A stretch of DNA of 64,000 nt from an uncultured virus (IMG/VR IMGVR_UViG_3300033986_000160) (Duplodnaviria; Heunggongvirae; Uroviricota; Caudoviricetes). A program made the position numbers and the translations under genes. This document shows positions 1 through 8,119 of the stretch, one piece after another. The DNA lies in IMG/VR virus record IMGVR_UViG_3300033986_000160. One strand, given 5' to 3'. Positions within the stretch are counted from its first letter, which is position 1. Each line of letters opens with the position of its first letter. The notes under the pieces are model-generated. The model searched no databases and had not been told where the DNA came from. It worked only from the letters and a program-made list of their open reading frames with translations.

Positions 1-59
1 ATCCGGTGTTTAGCCACAATTAGCTTGAGATTTTCTTTAATAATCCTTATGAAATTCAC
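1..59 (-). CDS. 5' part of a hypothetical protein running off the window edge
   Basis: GTG at 59 preceded by GAGGTG RBS on the minus strand; frame open to the edge (MNFIRIIKENLKLIVAKHR...). Confidence 0.5.
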   Translation of the reverse strand, partial: MNFIRIIKENLKLIVAKHR

Positions 60-138
60 GAAATCGTCACCTCACTTTCTGATATAGAGTTGCCATGTCT
101 GGCATATCATCTCAATCTAATTTACGGGAATTTGTAAC

Positions 139-344
139 AGTCTGTCACATTCTTTCCGAAGAATATTTTATTCTTCAGAGACAGACTTCACCCAGTCGCC
201 GGAGGCCGTGCCTAATTACCACACGCCGATTGACTCTCAATCGACTGGTTATCACTTCAGCCCTATCGGGCTTCATGGTAATTAGCCACGGAGGGATTGA
301 ACTGGACTCCCACCCCCTTGCCCCGCCCTGTCGGGCGGGGAGTC
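139..344 (-). ncRNA. candidate structured RNA / cis-regulatory element
   Basis: Nested inverted repeats: 206-221/276-291 (16 bp, 1 mismatch), 227-233/237-243, 259-263/268-272, 139-146/180-187, 158-164/170-176, 321-328/333-340. Strand inferred from the flanking genes. Confidence 0.4.
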
Positions 345-548
345 AAATAAAGACATCTGTTCATAAGCAGGTGTAGGTTCAACTACCTCAACAGCCTTAC
401 CTACCACACGACCTTTGAGCCTATACCCTATGTTGCTAAGTGCTTTCTTTGGTGACTCAGCATAGGTATATTCCTTGATACCATAAGTCACTCTGTCATC
501 ACGATGGACGACGAAACCTGTAACTTCATATTTTACTCTGCCTGTCAT
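282..548 (-). CDS. small hypothetical protein with a QMSLF clamp-binding-like motif
   Basis: ORF track 282..644; better start is ATG 548 after GGAGGG; contains YEQMSLF. Confidence 0.65.
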   Translation of the reverse strand: MTGRVKYEVTGFVVHRDDRVTYGIKEYTYAESPKKALSNIGYRLKGRVVGKAVEVVEPTPAYEQMSLFDSPPDRAGQGGGSPVQSLRG

Positions 549-549
549 A

Positions 550-1305
550 TTAGTTAGCCCTCCTTGCATGTTTTCTCTGACACTTGAAGCAATAGATGTG
601 ATTATCAAATACAGCAGCATTTCTCTTGCAATAGTCAGCAGCATTTACTGTGATTTCACGACCGCAGTCTTCACAGAAGTATTTGGCCTGTACGGAAACT
701 TGGGCTTTACCCTGTTCAATCGGATTTATTTTGACATTAAGGTTCGCCGCCGGAAATTTGCCTTTGTTTGCATTATAGTATGCAATGGCTTTATCGAGCC
801 TGGATTTCAAGTGGTCACGCTCTGCCGTAATGGTTGTGAGCTGGACATTAAGTTCCCTTATTGTATTTTTGTAACCATTGATTGTCTCGGTAAAACTTTC
901 GTCCAGAATAACATTGTACTCCTTACCCTTAATTCCATTAACCTTTACCTCACCATTTACCATTGATACAACTACCTTTGTATTCTTATTCATAACTTTC
1001 TCCTCCTTAATTTGTCTTTCTATCATTTTGATTCCTTCTTCCAGTGGGATCTCAATTACTTTGTCAGCATCAAACTCCAATATGAGTGCAGCAACGCCGT
1101 CGACGATATCGATGTCATAGCTTGTGGCGTTCATAATATCCTGCTCCATGTTGTCTATTATATAGGCAATATCATCTTCACCCATGAAACCAGATTCATC
1201 AGACGGACCATATTCAATTGTGTCGATAGCATTTCTGAACTTATAGATCACTTTAAACTCCGGTATTCCAGTCTCCACCATTTTGTTAAATAACATTGTT
1301 TTCAT
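550..1305 (-). CDS. hypothetical protein with coiled coil and C-terminal Zn finger
   Basis: 251 aa; AAGGAGAG RBS; CEDC...C...CFKC at the C-terminus; internal in-frame RBS+ATG at 993. Confidence 0.8.
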   Translation of the reverse strand: MKTMLFNKMVETGIPEFKVIYKFRNAIDTIEYGPSDESGFMGEDDIAYIIDNMEQDIMNATSYDIDIVDGVAALILEFDADKVIEIPLEEGIKMIERQIKEEKVMNKNTKVVVSMVNGEVKVNGIKGKEYNVILDESFTETINGYKNTIRELNVQLTTITAERDHLKSRLDKAIAYYNANKGKFPAANLNVKINPIEQGKAQVSVQAKYFCEDCGREITVNAADYCKRNAAVFDNHIYCFKCQRKHARRAN

Positions 1306-1387
1306 AATTCAACTCTCCTTTGATAATAATATATTAGGGGAGATTATAGGCTCTCCCCTTTCGCCTTGATTATTTGATTGTTTATAC

Positions 1388-2140
1388 TTACGCTTTCTTG
1401 ACTCTCTCTACAACGTCGGTCATGAAGCATTCGCCTATTTCCTTGCCTGCTGCTATTGTATGGTTCAAGATAATTCCTGCCGCATGGAAGCTGAATACCC
1501 CAAGACCAATGATGGCAGCAGATACTTTTCTCCAGACAAGCAATGCAATTCCGCTCAACCATTTCAGGAAACGGCCGCCCTGTCTTTTTGCTTCGTTAAC
1601 CAGAGGATTAAGGGAAGCCAGTATCCCTTTTGCTTCTTCTTTCTTGCCGGATTCATAACCAGCCCATGCAACTGCCTGTGCCATGTTTTCGGCAGCATTC
1701 TCCTCTGTTGCTTCGTTCATGAGTTTCTTTGCTTGTTCTCCACCGTTCTTGGCGACGAACTCTGCTGCATTCTCCATGAGTTTCTTTGTCCATTCCTCTG
1801 CTGTCATCCTTACCTGTGCATTTGTGTTAGTGTTGTTTGTGTTGTTAGTCATCTTAGACTCCTCCTTGTTATTAATTATTGTTATATTGGCTGTAGCACA
1901 CATCTGTGCGAATTCCTGACTCTTACCAAGACCAAACTTTACTTTCTCGTTAGTACCATCGATAACCCCATAACCTGTAATGGGAACATAAACGGCTGAA
2001 GCTCCTGCCGTGTTAAGTACATATACTGTCTGACCAAGAAGCTCGTCAATACCTACTGTAGGTTCAAATGTAACCATCTGCTCTTTTCCGTTGATAACTA
2101 CCTTCATTTCAATACTTGTGAATTTAACATTGTTTTTCAT
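1388..2140 (-). CDS. hypothetical protein with a hydrophobic C-terminal segment
   Basis: ORF track 1388..2149; ATG 2140 after AAGGAG; internal in-frame RBS+ATG at 1852. Confidence 0.8.
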   Translation of the reverse strand: MKNNVKFTSIEMKVVINGKEQMVTFEPTVGIDELLGQTVYVLNTAGASAVYVPITGYGVIDGTNEKVKFGLGKSQEFAQMCATANITIINNKEESKMTNNTNNTNTNAQVRMTAEEWTKKLMENAAEFVAKNGGEQAKKLMNEATEENAAENMAQAVAWAGYESGKKEEAKGILASLNPLVNEAKRQGGRFLKWLSGIALLVWRKVSAAIIGLGVFSFHAAGIILNHTIAAGKEIGECFMTDVVERVKKA

Positions 2141-2265
2141 AATCGACACATCTCCTTTAATTTTAATTTTATTGAAAATTGTAATTTTGCCCCTTTGAAT
2201 ACTAATCCCTGACGCTTACCTGCGATATCAAATAAGACGTTCCTCAGTTTTTCCCTTGTGTCCAT
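2137..2265 (-). CDS. possible 42-aa hypothetical protein
   Basis: Manual translation MDTREKLRNVLFDIAGKRQGLVFKGAKLQFSIKLKLKEMCRL; ATGA overlap with the next gene; weak RBS. Confidence 0.35.
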   Translation of the reverse strand: MDTREKLRNVLFDIAGKRQGLVFKGAKLQFSIKLKLKEMCRL

Positions 2266-2455
2266 AACAATCTTCCTTTCTCTTTCTTTTCTCATTTTGC
2301 CATTCAATTATGAATGCTGGTATTTCAGGACCATTATCCTGCTTAACCTTTGTTATTGGTGTTTCTTTCATAGTGATACCGGCTTCTGTAATAGTTGTAG
2401 TCCTTCTTTTGTTTCCAATAGTCTCAGTCTTCTGTATCATCATAAGTCTTTTCAT
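2228..2455 (-). CDS. hypothetical protein
   Basis: 75 aa; AAGGAGG RBS. Confidence 0.7.
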   Translation of the reverse strand: MKRLMMIQKTETIGNKRRTTTITEAGITMKETPITKVKQDNGPEIPAFIIEWQNEKRKRKEDCYGHKGKTEERLI

Positions 2456-2483
2456 GTGTACATCCTCCTTATTTCTCTGCGTA

Positions 2484-2693
2484 TTATTCGATAAACTTGT
2501 CTATTTCGGGTTGGGTAAGGTGTTTCTTTTCTAACTTGAGCATTTCTAATTCGAGCATAATCTGGAATGTCGACTTCTTCTTTTCCTTGTGTGGTATATC
2601 GGTGTTCTCTGTGCCTGTCGTATTGTTATTATTAACTACGTCTTTATGTTTGACAGGCATAACGCAAAATACCGACTTTACTTTGTGTATCAT
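2484..2693 (-). CDS. hypothetical protein
   Basis: ATG 2693 after AAGGAGGTGA; ATGA overlap with the upstream gene. Confidence 0.7.
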   Translation of the reverse strand: MIHKVKSVFCVMPVKHKDVVNNNNTTGTENTDIPHKEKKKSTFQIMLELEMLKLEKKHLTQPEIDKFIE

Positions 2694-2971
2694 ATATTCA
2701 CCTCCTTCCTGAGTACACATTTTGAACAGTTGGGTTTACACTCTCTGCTCTGCTTGTTGGATGGGCATATTGTACGATTAGTTGTCCAGTCAGGGCACAA
2801 CCATCTGTTTTCATGGTTATTAAAATACTTGGGTTCTTTAACGGGGATAGGTGTAACGAATATGTACAGCGGCATATCTACAACATTATCCTCTGCAACC
2901 GGTGCTGCTTCCTCCTTGAGTGTGTTAAGATCAAATCCTTTACTTTTCAATAACTCTGCTATCTTTGACAT
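2690..2971 (-). CDS. hypothetical Cys-rich protein
   Basis: 93 aa; AAGGAG RBS; C-terminal C..C..CKPNCSKC. Confidence 0.7.
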   Translation of the reverse strand: MSKIAELLKSKGFDLNTLKEEAAPVAEDNVVDMPLYIFVTPIPVKEPKYFNNHENRWLCPDWTTNRTICPSNKQSRECKPNCSKCVLRKEVNI

Positions 2972-3098
2972 TTGACATACTCCTTTCTCTAATCATACGT
3001 TTAATTTCGTCTGATTTCTGTTTAATCTGATCGTCCGTAACATGTGTTGTGAATATCATGTAGTCGTCATTTGCTTCTCTTATTTTTCGTATCAACAT
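2940..3098 (-). CDS. 52-aa hypothetical protein (below the ORF-track cutoff)
   Basis: AAGGAGGTGA RBS 6 nt before ATG 3098; MLIRKIREANDDYMIFTTHVTDDQIKQKSDEIKRMIRERSMSNVKDSRVIEK; fills the gap between neighbours. Confidence 0.7.
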   Translation of the reverse strand: MLIRKIREANDDYMIFTTHVTDDQIKQKSDEIKRMIRERSMSNVKDSRVIEK

Positions 3099-3285
3099 GC
3101 GGCGTCACCTCCTTCCACAGTCCGAATGTAATGAACTTACGAAAGCGTTTGCTTATCAAGCACAACATCAAGAGCAATGATAACTGGAATATAAACATGT
3201 TACGCCCAGCATACCATGCACCTACCATGAAGAAGAATATAAATCCTCTTATGTAGGCACGAATAATGAACTTAATCAGCTTCAT
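3067..3285 (-). CDS. small membrane protein with two hydrophobic helices
   Basis: 72 aa; AAGGAGG RBS; GFIFFFMVGAWY and IFQLSLLLMLCLI segments. Confidence 0.7.
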   Translation of the reverse strand: MKLIKFIIRAYIRGFIFFFMVGAWYAGRNMFIFQLSLLLMLCLISKRFRKFITFGLWKEVTPHVDTKNKRSK

Positions 3286-3530
3286 GTTCTATCCTCCTTT
3301 CTGTTTGTGTTACCCCAATCCATTTAGTGTTGAGGGGGTGGGGCATGAATCGAAGCGATTCTTTAATAATCGTATACCTGGTCCTCTCAGAATATATATC
3401 TACTTTTACTACACTATTCGCCTTCCAATCTTTACCAACCACATCAAGGCACAAGCACTATATAACATGAAGCGGAAATTAAGTCCCTTCACTCCTACTG
3501 GCATAGTCGTTCCTGGACTTCAGAAATTTA

Positions 3531-3600
3531 GGGGGTTGGGCTCGATAAAGAGACCCCCGGCACCATATATATATTTGGGCTTTGCTAAAATATATATATG
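3531..3600. repeat. tandem inverted repeats in the divergent intergenic region
   Basis: GGGGGT(3531-3536)/ACCCCC(3553-3558) and perfect 13-bp CATATATATATTT(3564-3576)/AAATATATATATG(3588-3600). Confidence 0.8.
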
Positions 3601-3735
3601 TGAAATTTTACCCCTATAAGCGGTTTACATAATGTGGTATTTGTGCTCTCGACAGTAAACAGAATATGAAGTAAAATAATAACAGGGAGCCATAATTAGA
3701 TTGTACTACACCTGTCTGCACGAATTCCACCGTAC

Positions 3736-3765
3736 TTGATTAAATATGTAACAAGATGTTATAAT
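3736..3765 (+). promoter_or_regulatory. sigma-A/70-like promoter with extended -10
   Basis: TTGATT-N18-TATAAT with TGn before the -10, upstream of the first plus-strand gene. Confidence 0.55.
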
Positions 3766-3796
3766 TATCTCATATAGATAATATGGAGGGTCAAAT

Positions 3797-4141
3797 ATGA
3801 GTGAAGATATCAGGTATAAGATGCACCGTGAGATTGTAGAGTTAATGCACGACACATATCTCCGAAAAAATAAACGGTATGGAAATTCCGTTACCAAGAC
3901 ATTTGAGGAATATGGGCCGGTATCATTCTGCCTACGCTTAGATGACAAATTAAATAGAGCAAAGCAGATATTGCTGTACAATGAACAGGATGTGTCTGAA
4001 GGTGATCCAAAGGATCAGGTAGAGTCAGTCGTTGATACCCTGATGGATTTGGCAAACTATGCTGTGATAGCGATTATTGAACTTAAAATGAAAGCAGCAG
4101 CCGAGGCATCAGGTAATGGAGGGCGGCCTCCACAGCGTTAA
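3797..4141 (+). CDS. DUF1599 / nucleotide-modification-associated domain protein
   Basis: KNKRYGNS...RLDDKLNR...ESVVDTLMDLANYAVI signature; GGAGG RBS. Confidence 0.8.
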   Translation: MSEDIRYKMHREIVELMHDTYLRKNKRYGNSVTKTFEEYGPVSFCLRLDDKLNRAKQILLYNEQDVSEGDPKDQVESVVDTLMDLANYAVIAIIELKMKAAAEASGNGGRPPQR

Positions 4142-4178
4142 CAGATGCTGCATTCCACTGTAAAGGTGGACAAGTGTA

Positions 4179-5156
4179 ATGAATGATTGGGTACAGAAGG
4201 CTTATGAACTAAAACGCATCAAAGGAATTAGCTGGACAAAACTTCCCTGTAAATTGTTCGAGGAGACTGGAGTTAAACTGAAGGTATCCGAGATCAGAGA
4301 CAAAATCAGATGCTATGAAAGATCAAATGGGCTTACAGTTAAGAAACCGCACATAAGTTTGGTCGTAAATATATCTGATGTACATATCGGGAAGAAGACG
4401 GAAAGTTACGATCTTCTTGCAGCAAAGGACAGGATGCACTACCTGTTCGACGAAGTAATCATGGAGTTCAAGAAATTCCGTAAGGATTATGCAGTAGATG
4501 AGATACACGTTAATTTCATAGGAGATATTATCGACAACGATTTCCTATACCCAGGTCAACAGCATCATACTGACAAACAGAATAATGCTGCTCATGGAAC
4601 AGCACAGGTAAAAGAGGCGACCTCTTTATTCAGGGATGAAATCACGAGGCTTAAAACAACCGTTAAGGTTCCTATAGTAGTGAACTGTGTTCGTGGCAAT
4701 CACGGACGGACAACAAAGTTCTCTCATGAGGACAATAATTATGACGTAATGTTTTACAATAACCTTGAGACTGTTCTTGAAAAGGTCGCTACAGTTAATG
4801 TGAGTCATGACTTCTATCATGTGGCTTATATACAAAATCACGGATTCCTGCTTTATCATGGAGCCGGCATCCGTATGTATCAGAACATTCCCTGGTACGG
4901 GCTGGTGCAACGCTGTATGCGGTGGGCGGGGTCGATGAAGTATAGTTTTGATTACCTCATCATAGGGCACTTTCACACAGCAGGCGACCAGGAGTGGAAT
5001 GACAAAATCATATTCATGAACGGCACAGCCGTAAGTGATGATGATTTTCCACTTGAGAACCTTGGAATGTGCGGGGCGAATAAGTATTGGTTGTTTGGGG
5101 TTACGGCCAACGAAGGTATCATGTACCAGCGTAAGGTCAATTTGAATGAAGCATGA
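4179..5156 (+). CDS. calcineurin-like metallophosphoesterase with N-terminal HTH-like extension
   Basis: SDVHIG, GDIIDND, GNHG, YHG and GHFH motifs. Confidence 0.85.
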   Translation: MNDWVQKAYELKRIKGISWTKLPCKLFEETGVKLKVSEIRDKIRCYERSNGLTVKKPHISLVVNISDVHIGKKTESYDLLAAKDRMHYLFDEVIMEFKKFRKDYAVDEIHVNFIGDIIDNDFLYPGQQHHTDKQNNAAHGTAQVKEATSLFRDEITRLKTTVKVPIVVNCVRGNHGRTTKFSHEDNNYDVMFYNNLETVLEKVATVNVSHDFYHVAYIQNHGFLLYHGAGIRMYQNIPWYGLVQRCMRWAGSMKYSFDYLIIGHFHTAGDQEWNDKIIFMNGTAVSDDDFPLENLGMCGANKYWLFGVTANEGIMYQRKVNLNEA

Positions 5157-5166
5157 GGTGGTAAAC

Positions 5167-5433
5167 ATGTCATTCCCAAGTGTGGTAAATGAAATAAGGC
5201 GTTTGAGCCAGGACGAAGGCTTGAGGGACGACGAGATTGCGAAACTCATTGGCTGCTCCCGGGCAACGGTTAACAGAGAGCGTAGTAAGCACAATATACC
5301 TACAGCCAACCTGGCCAACCGGAAAGATAAAATCTGCACATGCAGAGTGTGTGGCAGGGAATTTGTAATCCGGCGTAAGGAAAGGAAACCTGGTATTTGT
5401 ACTGAATGTAAACAGAAGGCAAAAGGGGCATAG
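5167..5433 (+). CDS. HTH plus zinc-ribbon protein (probable DNA-binding regulator)
   Basis: DDEIAKLIGCSRATVNRER HTH; CRVC...CTEC; start at ATG 5167 after GAGGTG. Confidence 0.75.
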   Translation: MSFPSVVNEIRRLSQDEGLRDDEIAKLIGCSRATVNRERSKHNIPTANLANRKDKICTCRVCGREFVIRRKERKPGICTECKQKAKGA

Positions 5434-5450
5434 ATTATGTGCCCCTTTTG
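5420..5450 (+). terminator. intrinsic terminator-like hairpin
   Basis: CAAAAGGGGCA / TGCCCCTTTTG 11-bp inverted repeat at the end of the HTH gene. Confidence 0.7.
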
Positions 5451-5480
5451 TGTTACAATTATAGTAAGGGGGTTTGTATC

Positions 5481-5669
5481 ATGAATCAGAAGATTAATTC
5501 CAATAAAGGTGCTGTGTCCAAGAACCTTGTCTATGGAAGGGTCTTCCTCACAGGAACCAAACCTGCATATCCCGGGACAGACAATACTTACAGGAAATTA
5601 AGGAATAAAACATCTTACGGGAGGAGGAAGCAGTCCTATGGATCAAAAGGGAAATCAAGAGTTAAATAA
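5481..5669 (+). CDS. small basic hypothetical protein
   Basis: ATG 5481 after AAGGGGG; K/R-rich, 62 aa. Confidence 0.5.
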   Translation: MNQKINSNKGAVSKNLVYGRVFLTGTKPAYPGTDNTYRKLRNKTSYGRRKQSYGSKGKSRVK

Positions 5670-6426
5670 TACCACAGATAATGATATAATGGATCTGGAA
5701 CCTGTCGATTCCTTATTGAAACCACCGGTAATCAGCAAAGCGAAGAACGCTATTACGGCCTCCAATGTATGGGGAATCAGTCCTAAGTCAGCAATTGCAA
5801 CAGAAACATATATGAAGAAGATACGGATGACGCACGGGATGTTTGCAAATGTTCCTATACTTTGCAAAGATACAGATTGTCCATACATAGAAGCATGCGA
5901 GATTGCTCCGCAGGAAAGGGTTTTAGGTCAGAGGTGCCCGCAAGAGGCTGCTGTTATTCTGGCACGGTTCGAAATGTACTGCAACCATTTTGGAATCGAC
6001 ATCTCTGGTCCTACATTTAAACCAAGCGATGTGGTTGATGCAGGACTTGTAAGAGATCTTGTAGACATTGAAGTACAGATGTTAAGAGCCGAGAACAAGA
6101 CTGCAATTCGTGGAGACTTCCTTGGTCTTACCATCAACACCGTAGATAATAAAGGCAAAGCATGGTATGAAGAAACAGTAACTCCCGAAGCTCAGTACAA
6201 AAACACATTGATGGATAAACGGTTCAAAATCCTGAACCTGTTGAATTCAACAAGAAAAGACAAGGCAGCTATGGCCAAAGTAAATGACAATCCATCTGTC
6301 AAGGCCGTTAGTATATTCAAGAAAATAAATGAGGCTATGTCCGCTAAAAACAAGATGGACGTATATGATGTAGAGGAAGCTGTTATTGTTGAACATAGCA
6401 GCAAACCAGAGGGGGAATCAACATGA
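5638..6426 (+). CDS. hypothetical protein, terminase small subunit candidate
   Basis: 262 aa with a C-x4-C-x5-C...C cluster and helical C-terminus; position upstream of terL only. Confidence 0.45.
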   Translation: MDQKGNQELNNTTDNDIMDLEPVDSLLKPPVISKAKNAITASNVWGISPKSAIATETYMKKIRMTHGMFANVPILCKDTDCPYIEACEIAPQERVLGQRCPQEAAVILARFEMYCNHFGIDISGPTFKPSDVVDAGLVRDLVDIEVQMLRAENKTAIRGDFLGLTINTVDNKGKAWYEETVTPEAQYKNTLMDKRFKILNLLNSTRKDKAAMAKVNDNPSVKAVSIFKKINEAMSAKNKMDVYDVEEAVIVEHSSKPEGEST

Positions 6427-7037
6427 AGATAATGGGTGAAGTTGGTTCAGTCAGTAGAGCGATTGGCTCTAATATCACCGCAGAAGTTCAAAGTCTTTTT
6501 GGGGCATTCAAAAGAATGCCCCTACTGGGTATAACCTCAAAAGGAGAAAAAGCGTTGGCAAGGAATGTTGCAGCCATTAAGCGTATTGGTGCTGACAGTA
6601 CAAAGAAAGCTCATGCACTTGTTAAACAGGGGACTGAAGAAATCTCCGATATGCTTTCCGATGCCGCAAGAAGAATTGGTGATGAGAAAATCACAGCCGA
6701 AACTATCGGCAAAGAGATCTCAAGGGCATATGGTCTTGAGGGTGAAGCCAGAGCCAGAGCTCTTGGAGGTATAGCTGAGAAGTACGGGTTAACCCAAGAC
6801 AACCTGAACACCATCGACAGGACAATGGGATTATCTCAGAGGGTTGCCGACAGGTATATGGCTGGTGCTATGGCTCCATTTAACATGGTTAAAGAGTATG
6901 CTTTAGATGGAAGCCCGTTATCCGTATACGCAAAAGGTGCAACAGCAGTAACTATCGCACAATTTATGAATGGTTCAAGAACCAGCTTAACAGAGCAGAA
7001 CGGACAGCGTGATATCGCTGGTATTCCGTTTATTTAG
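6423..7037 (+). CDS. Ala/Gly-rich protein ending NGQRDIAGIPFI (putative virion/ejection protein)
   Basis: 204 aa; shares its C-terminus with the next gene. Confidence 0.7.
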   Translation: MKIMGEVGSVSRAIGSNITAEVQSLFGAFKRMPLLGITSKGEKALARNVAAIKRIGADSTKKAHALVKQGTEEISDMLSDAARRIGDEKITAETIGKEISRAYGLEGEARARALGGIAEKYGLTQDNLNTIDRTMGLSQRVADRYMAGAMAPFNMVKEYALDGSPLSVYAKGATAVTIAQFMNGSRTSLTEQNGQRDIAGIPFI

Positions 7038-7048
7038 GAGGTGTCATT

Positions 7049-7597
7049 ATGGGATTAGGTAAATGGGCTAAAGGATTGTTTGGCGACGCAGCCCACATAT
7101 TAAGTGCCAACGAAGCCGTACAAAAACAGGCAGGTTTGTATGCCAAAAGAATCGGAAGTCATCTTGACGAACTTGCCAAGGCTGCCGATATCACGGAAGA
7201 TGTGATGAGAAAATATCATCTTGATCCGTCTGACGTAAAGCAGGCAGCAGCAGACATGATGAAAGCAGCGAATGTGGCAGATCCTGACCAGGTAGGAGCT
7301 TACACAAAAGACGCTGCAATGAAAATGCTCCGTGAAAGACAAACACGTCTATCAGCAATGGCTGAGAACGGAGGAAAGTTCACAGAAATGTCTGGAGCAT
7401 TGATCGAAGCAGGTGGTATAGGTTCTATCGGTGGTATTGCAAAGCAGTATTACCTTGGCGGAGACCTTAAACAAAATGCTATTCGTATCGGAGCAACCTA
7501 TGCAGGAGTATCCATCGTTGGAAGGGCACTTTCCGGCGGAGGTATTACAACCAAAGCCAACGGTGAGCGTGATATCGTAGGCATTCCGTTCATATAA
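7049..7597 (+). CDS. Ala/Gly-rich protein ending NGERDIVGIPFI (putative virion/ejection protein)
   Basis: 182 aa; AGGAGGTG RBS; hydrophobic helix near the C-terminus. Confidence 0.7.
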   Translation: MGLGKWAKGLFGDAAHILSANEAVQKQAGLYAKRIGSHLDELAKAADITEDVMRKYHLDPSDVKQAAADMMKAANVADPDQVGAYTKDAAMKMLRERQTRLSAMAENGGKFTEMSGALIEAGGIGSIGGIAKQYYLGGDLKQNAIRIGATYAGVSIVGRALSGGGITTKANGERDIVGIPFI

Positions 7598-7609
7598 GGA
7601 GTGAGGTAA

Positions 7610-8116
7610 ATGGATTGGGGTAAAATTGCAAGGTTTGTGAAGCGTAGTGCGGTTCGTGACATCGGATACGCAGAGGCGGCATCATCTGTTATCGGAAAGA
7701 TAGGAGAAGTTACTGCAAAGCCTCTTGCAAGAGGTGTTAAAAGTGCATTTAAGGCAACCAAGTACGAAGAAGGAGCGAATCTTATTGAGAAAGCTCTGCA
7801 CAATCCGATTGGATATGACTTAAAGAAAGGTTATGGTATAGCGATCGGTGCAGGAGCCATTGTGGTAAGTGCAGGTCTTTCAGCACCTGGTATAGCAATT
7901 CAAACTGCAAACCGCAACAAAATGGGGCACATATCTGGAGGAGAACTTGCAAACCAGATAAACTCTGAGTCAAACAGTCCGCTCCTTGAAGATGAACAGG
8001 CCATGAACGAGCTTGGCAGGAAAAGCATAAAGAACCGCATAATAAGTAACAACCTCAACACATACGGGGCTGAAGGAGATATCGTCCTTGCTCTGCACAA
8101 CTTGAGGAGGGGATAA
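7610..8116 (+). CDS. hypothetical protein with a central Gly-rich hydrophobic helix
   Basis: 168 aa; GYGIAIGAGAIVVSAGLSAPG. Confidence 0.7.
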   Translation: MDWGKIARFVKRSAVRDIGYAEAASSVIGKIGEVTAKPLARGVKSAFKATKYEEGANLIEKALHNPIGYDLKKGYGIAIGAGAIVVSAGLSAPGIAIQTANRNKMGHISGGELANQINSESNSPLLEDEQAMNELGRKSIKNRIISNNLNTYGAEGDIVLALHNLRRG

Positions 8117-8119
8117 TGT

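Noticed and set aside
150..180. Hammerhead ribozyme (CTGAAGA...GAAA on the minus strand)
   Set aside because: No stem II closing pair or stem III/NUH arrangement; the CTGAAGA is itself paired in a simple hairpin.
3272..3454. 60-aa minus-strand ORF next to the divergent region
   Set aside because: TTG start just after an in-frame stop with no RBS; cannot be supported.
4626..5339. Long antisense ORFs (also 1460..1999, 26924..27574, 55687..56400, 57136..57738)
   Set aside because: They lie opposite well-supported genes and lack RBSs and recognisable motifs; treated as shadow ORFs.
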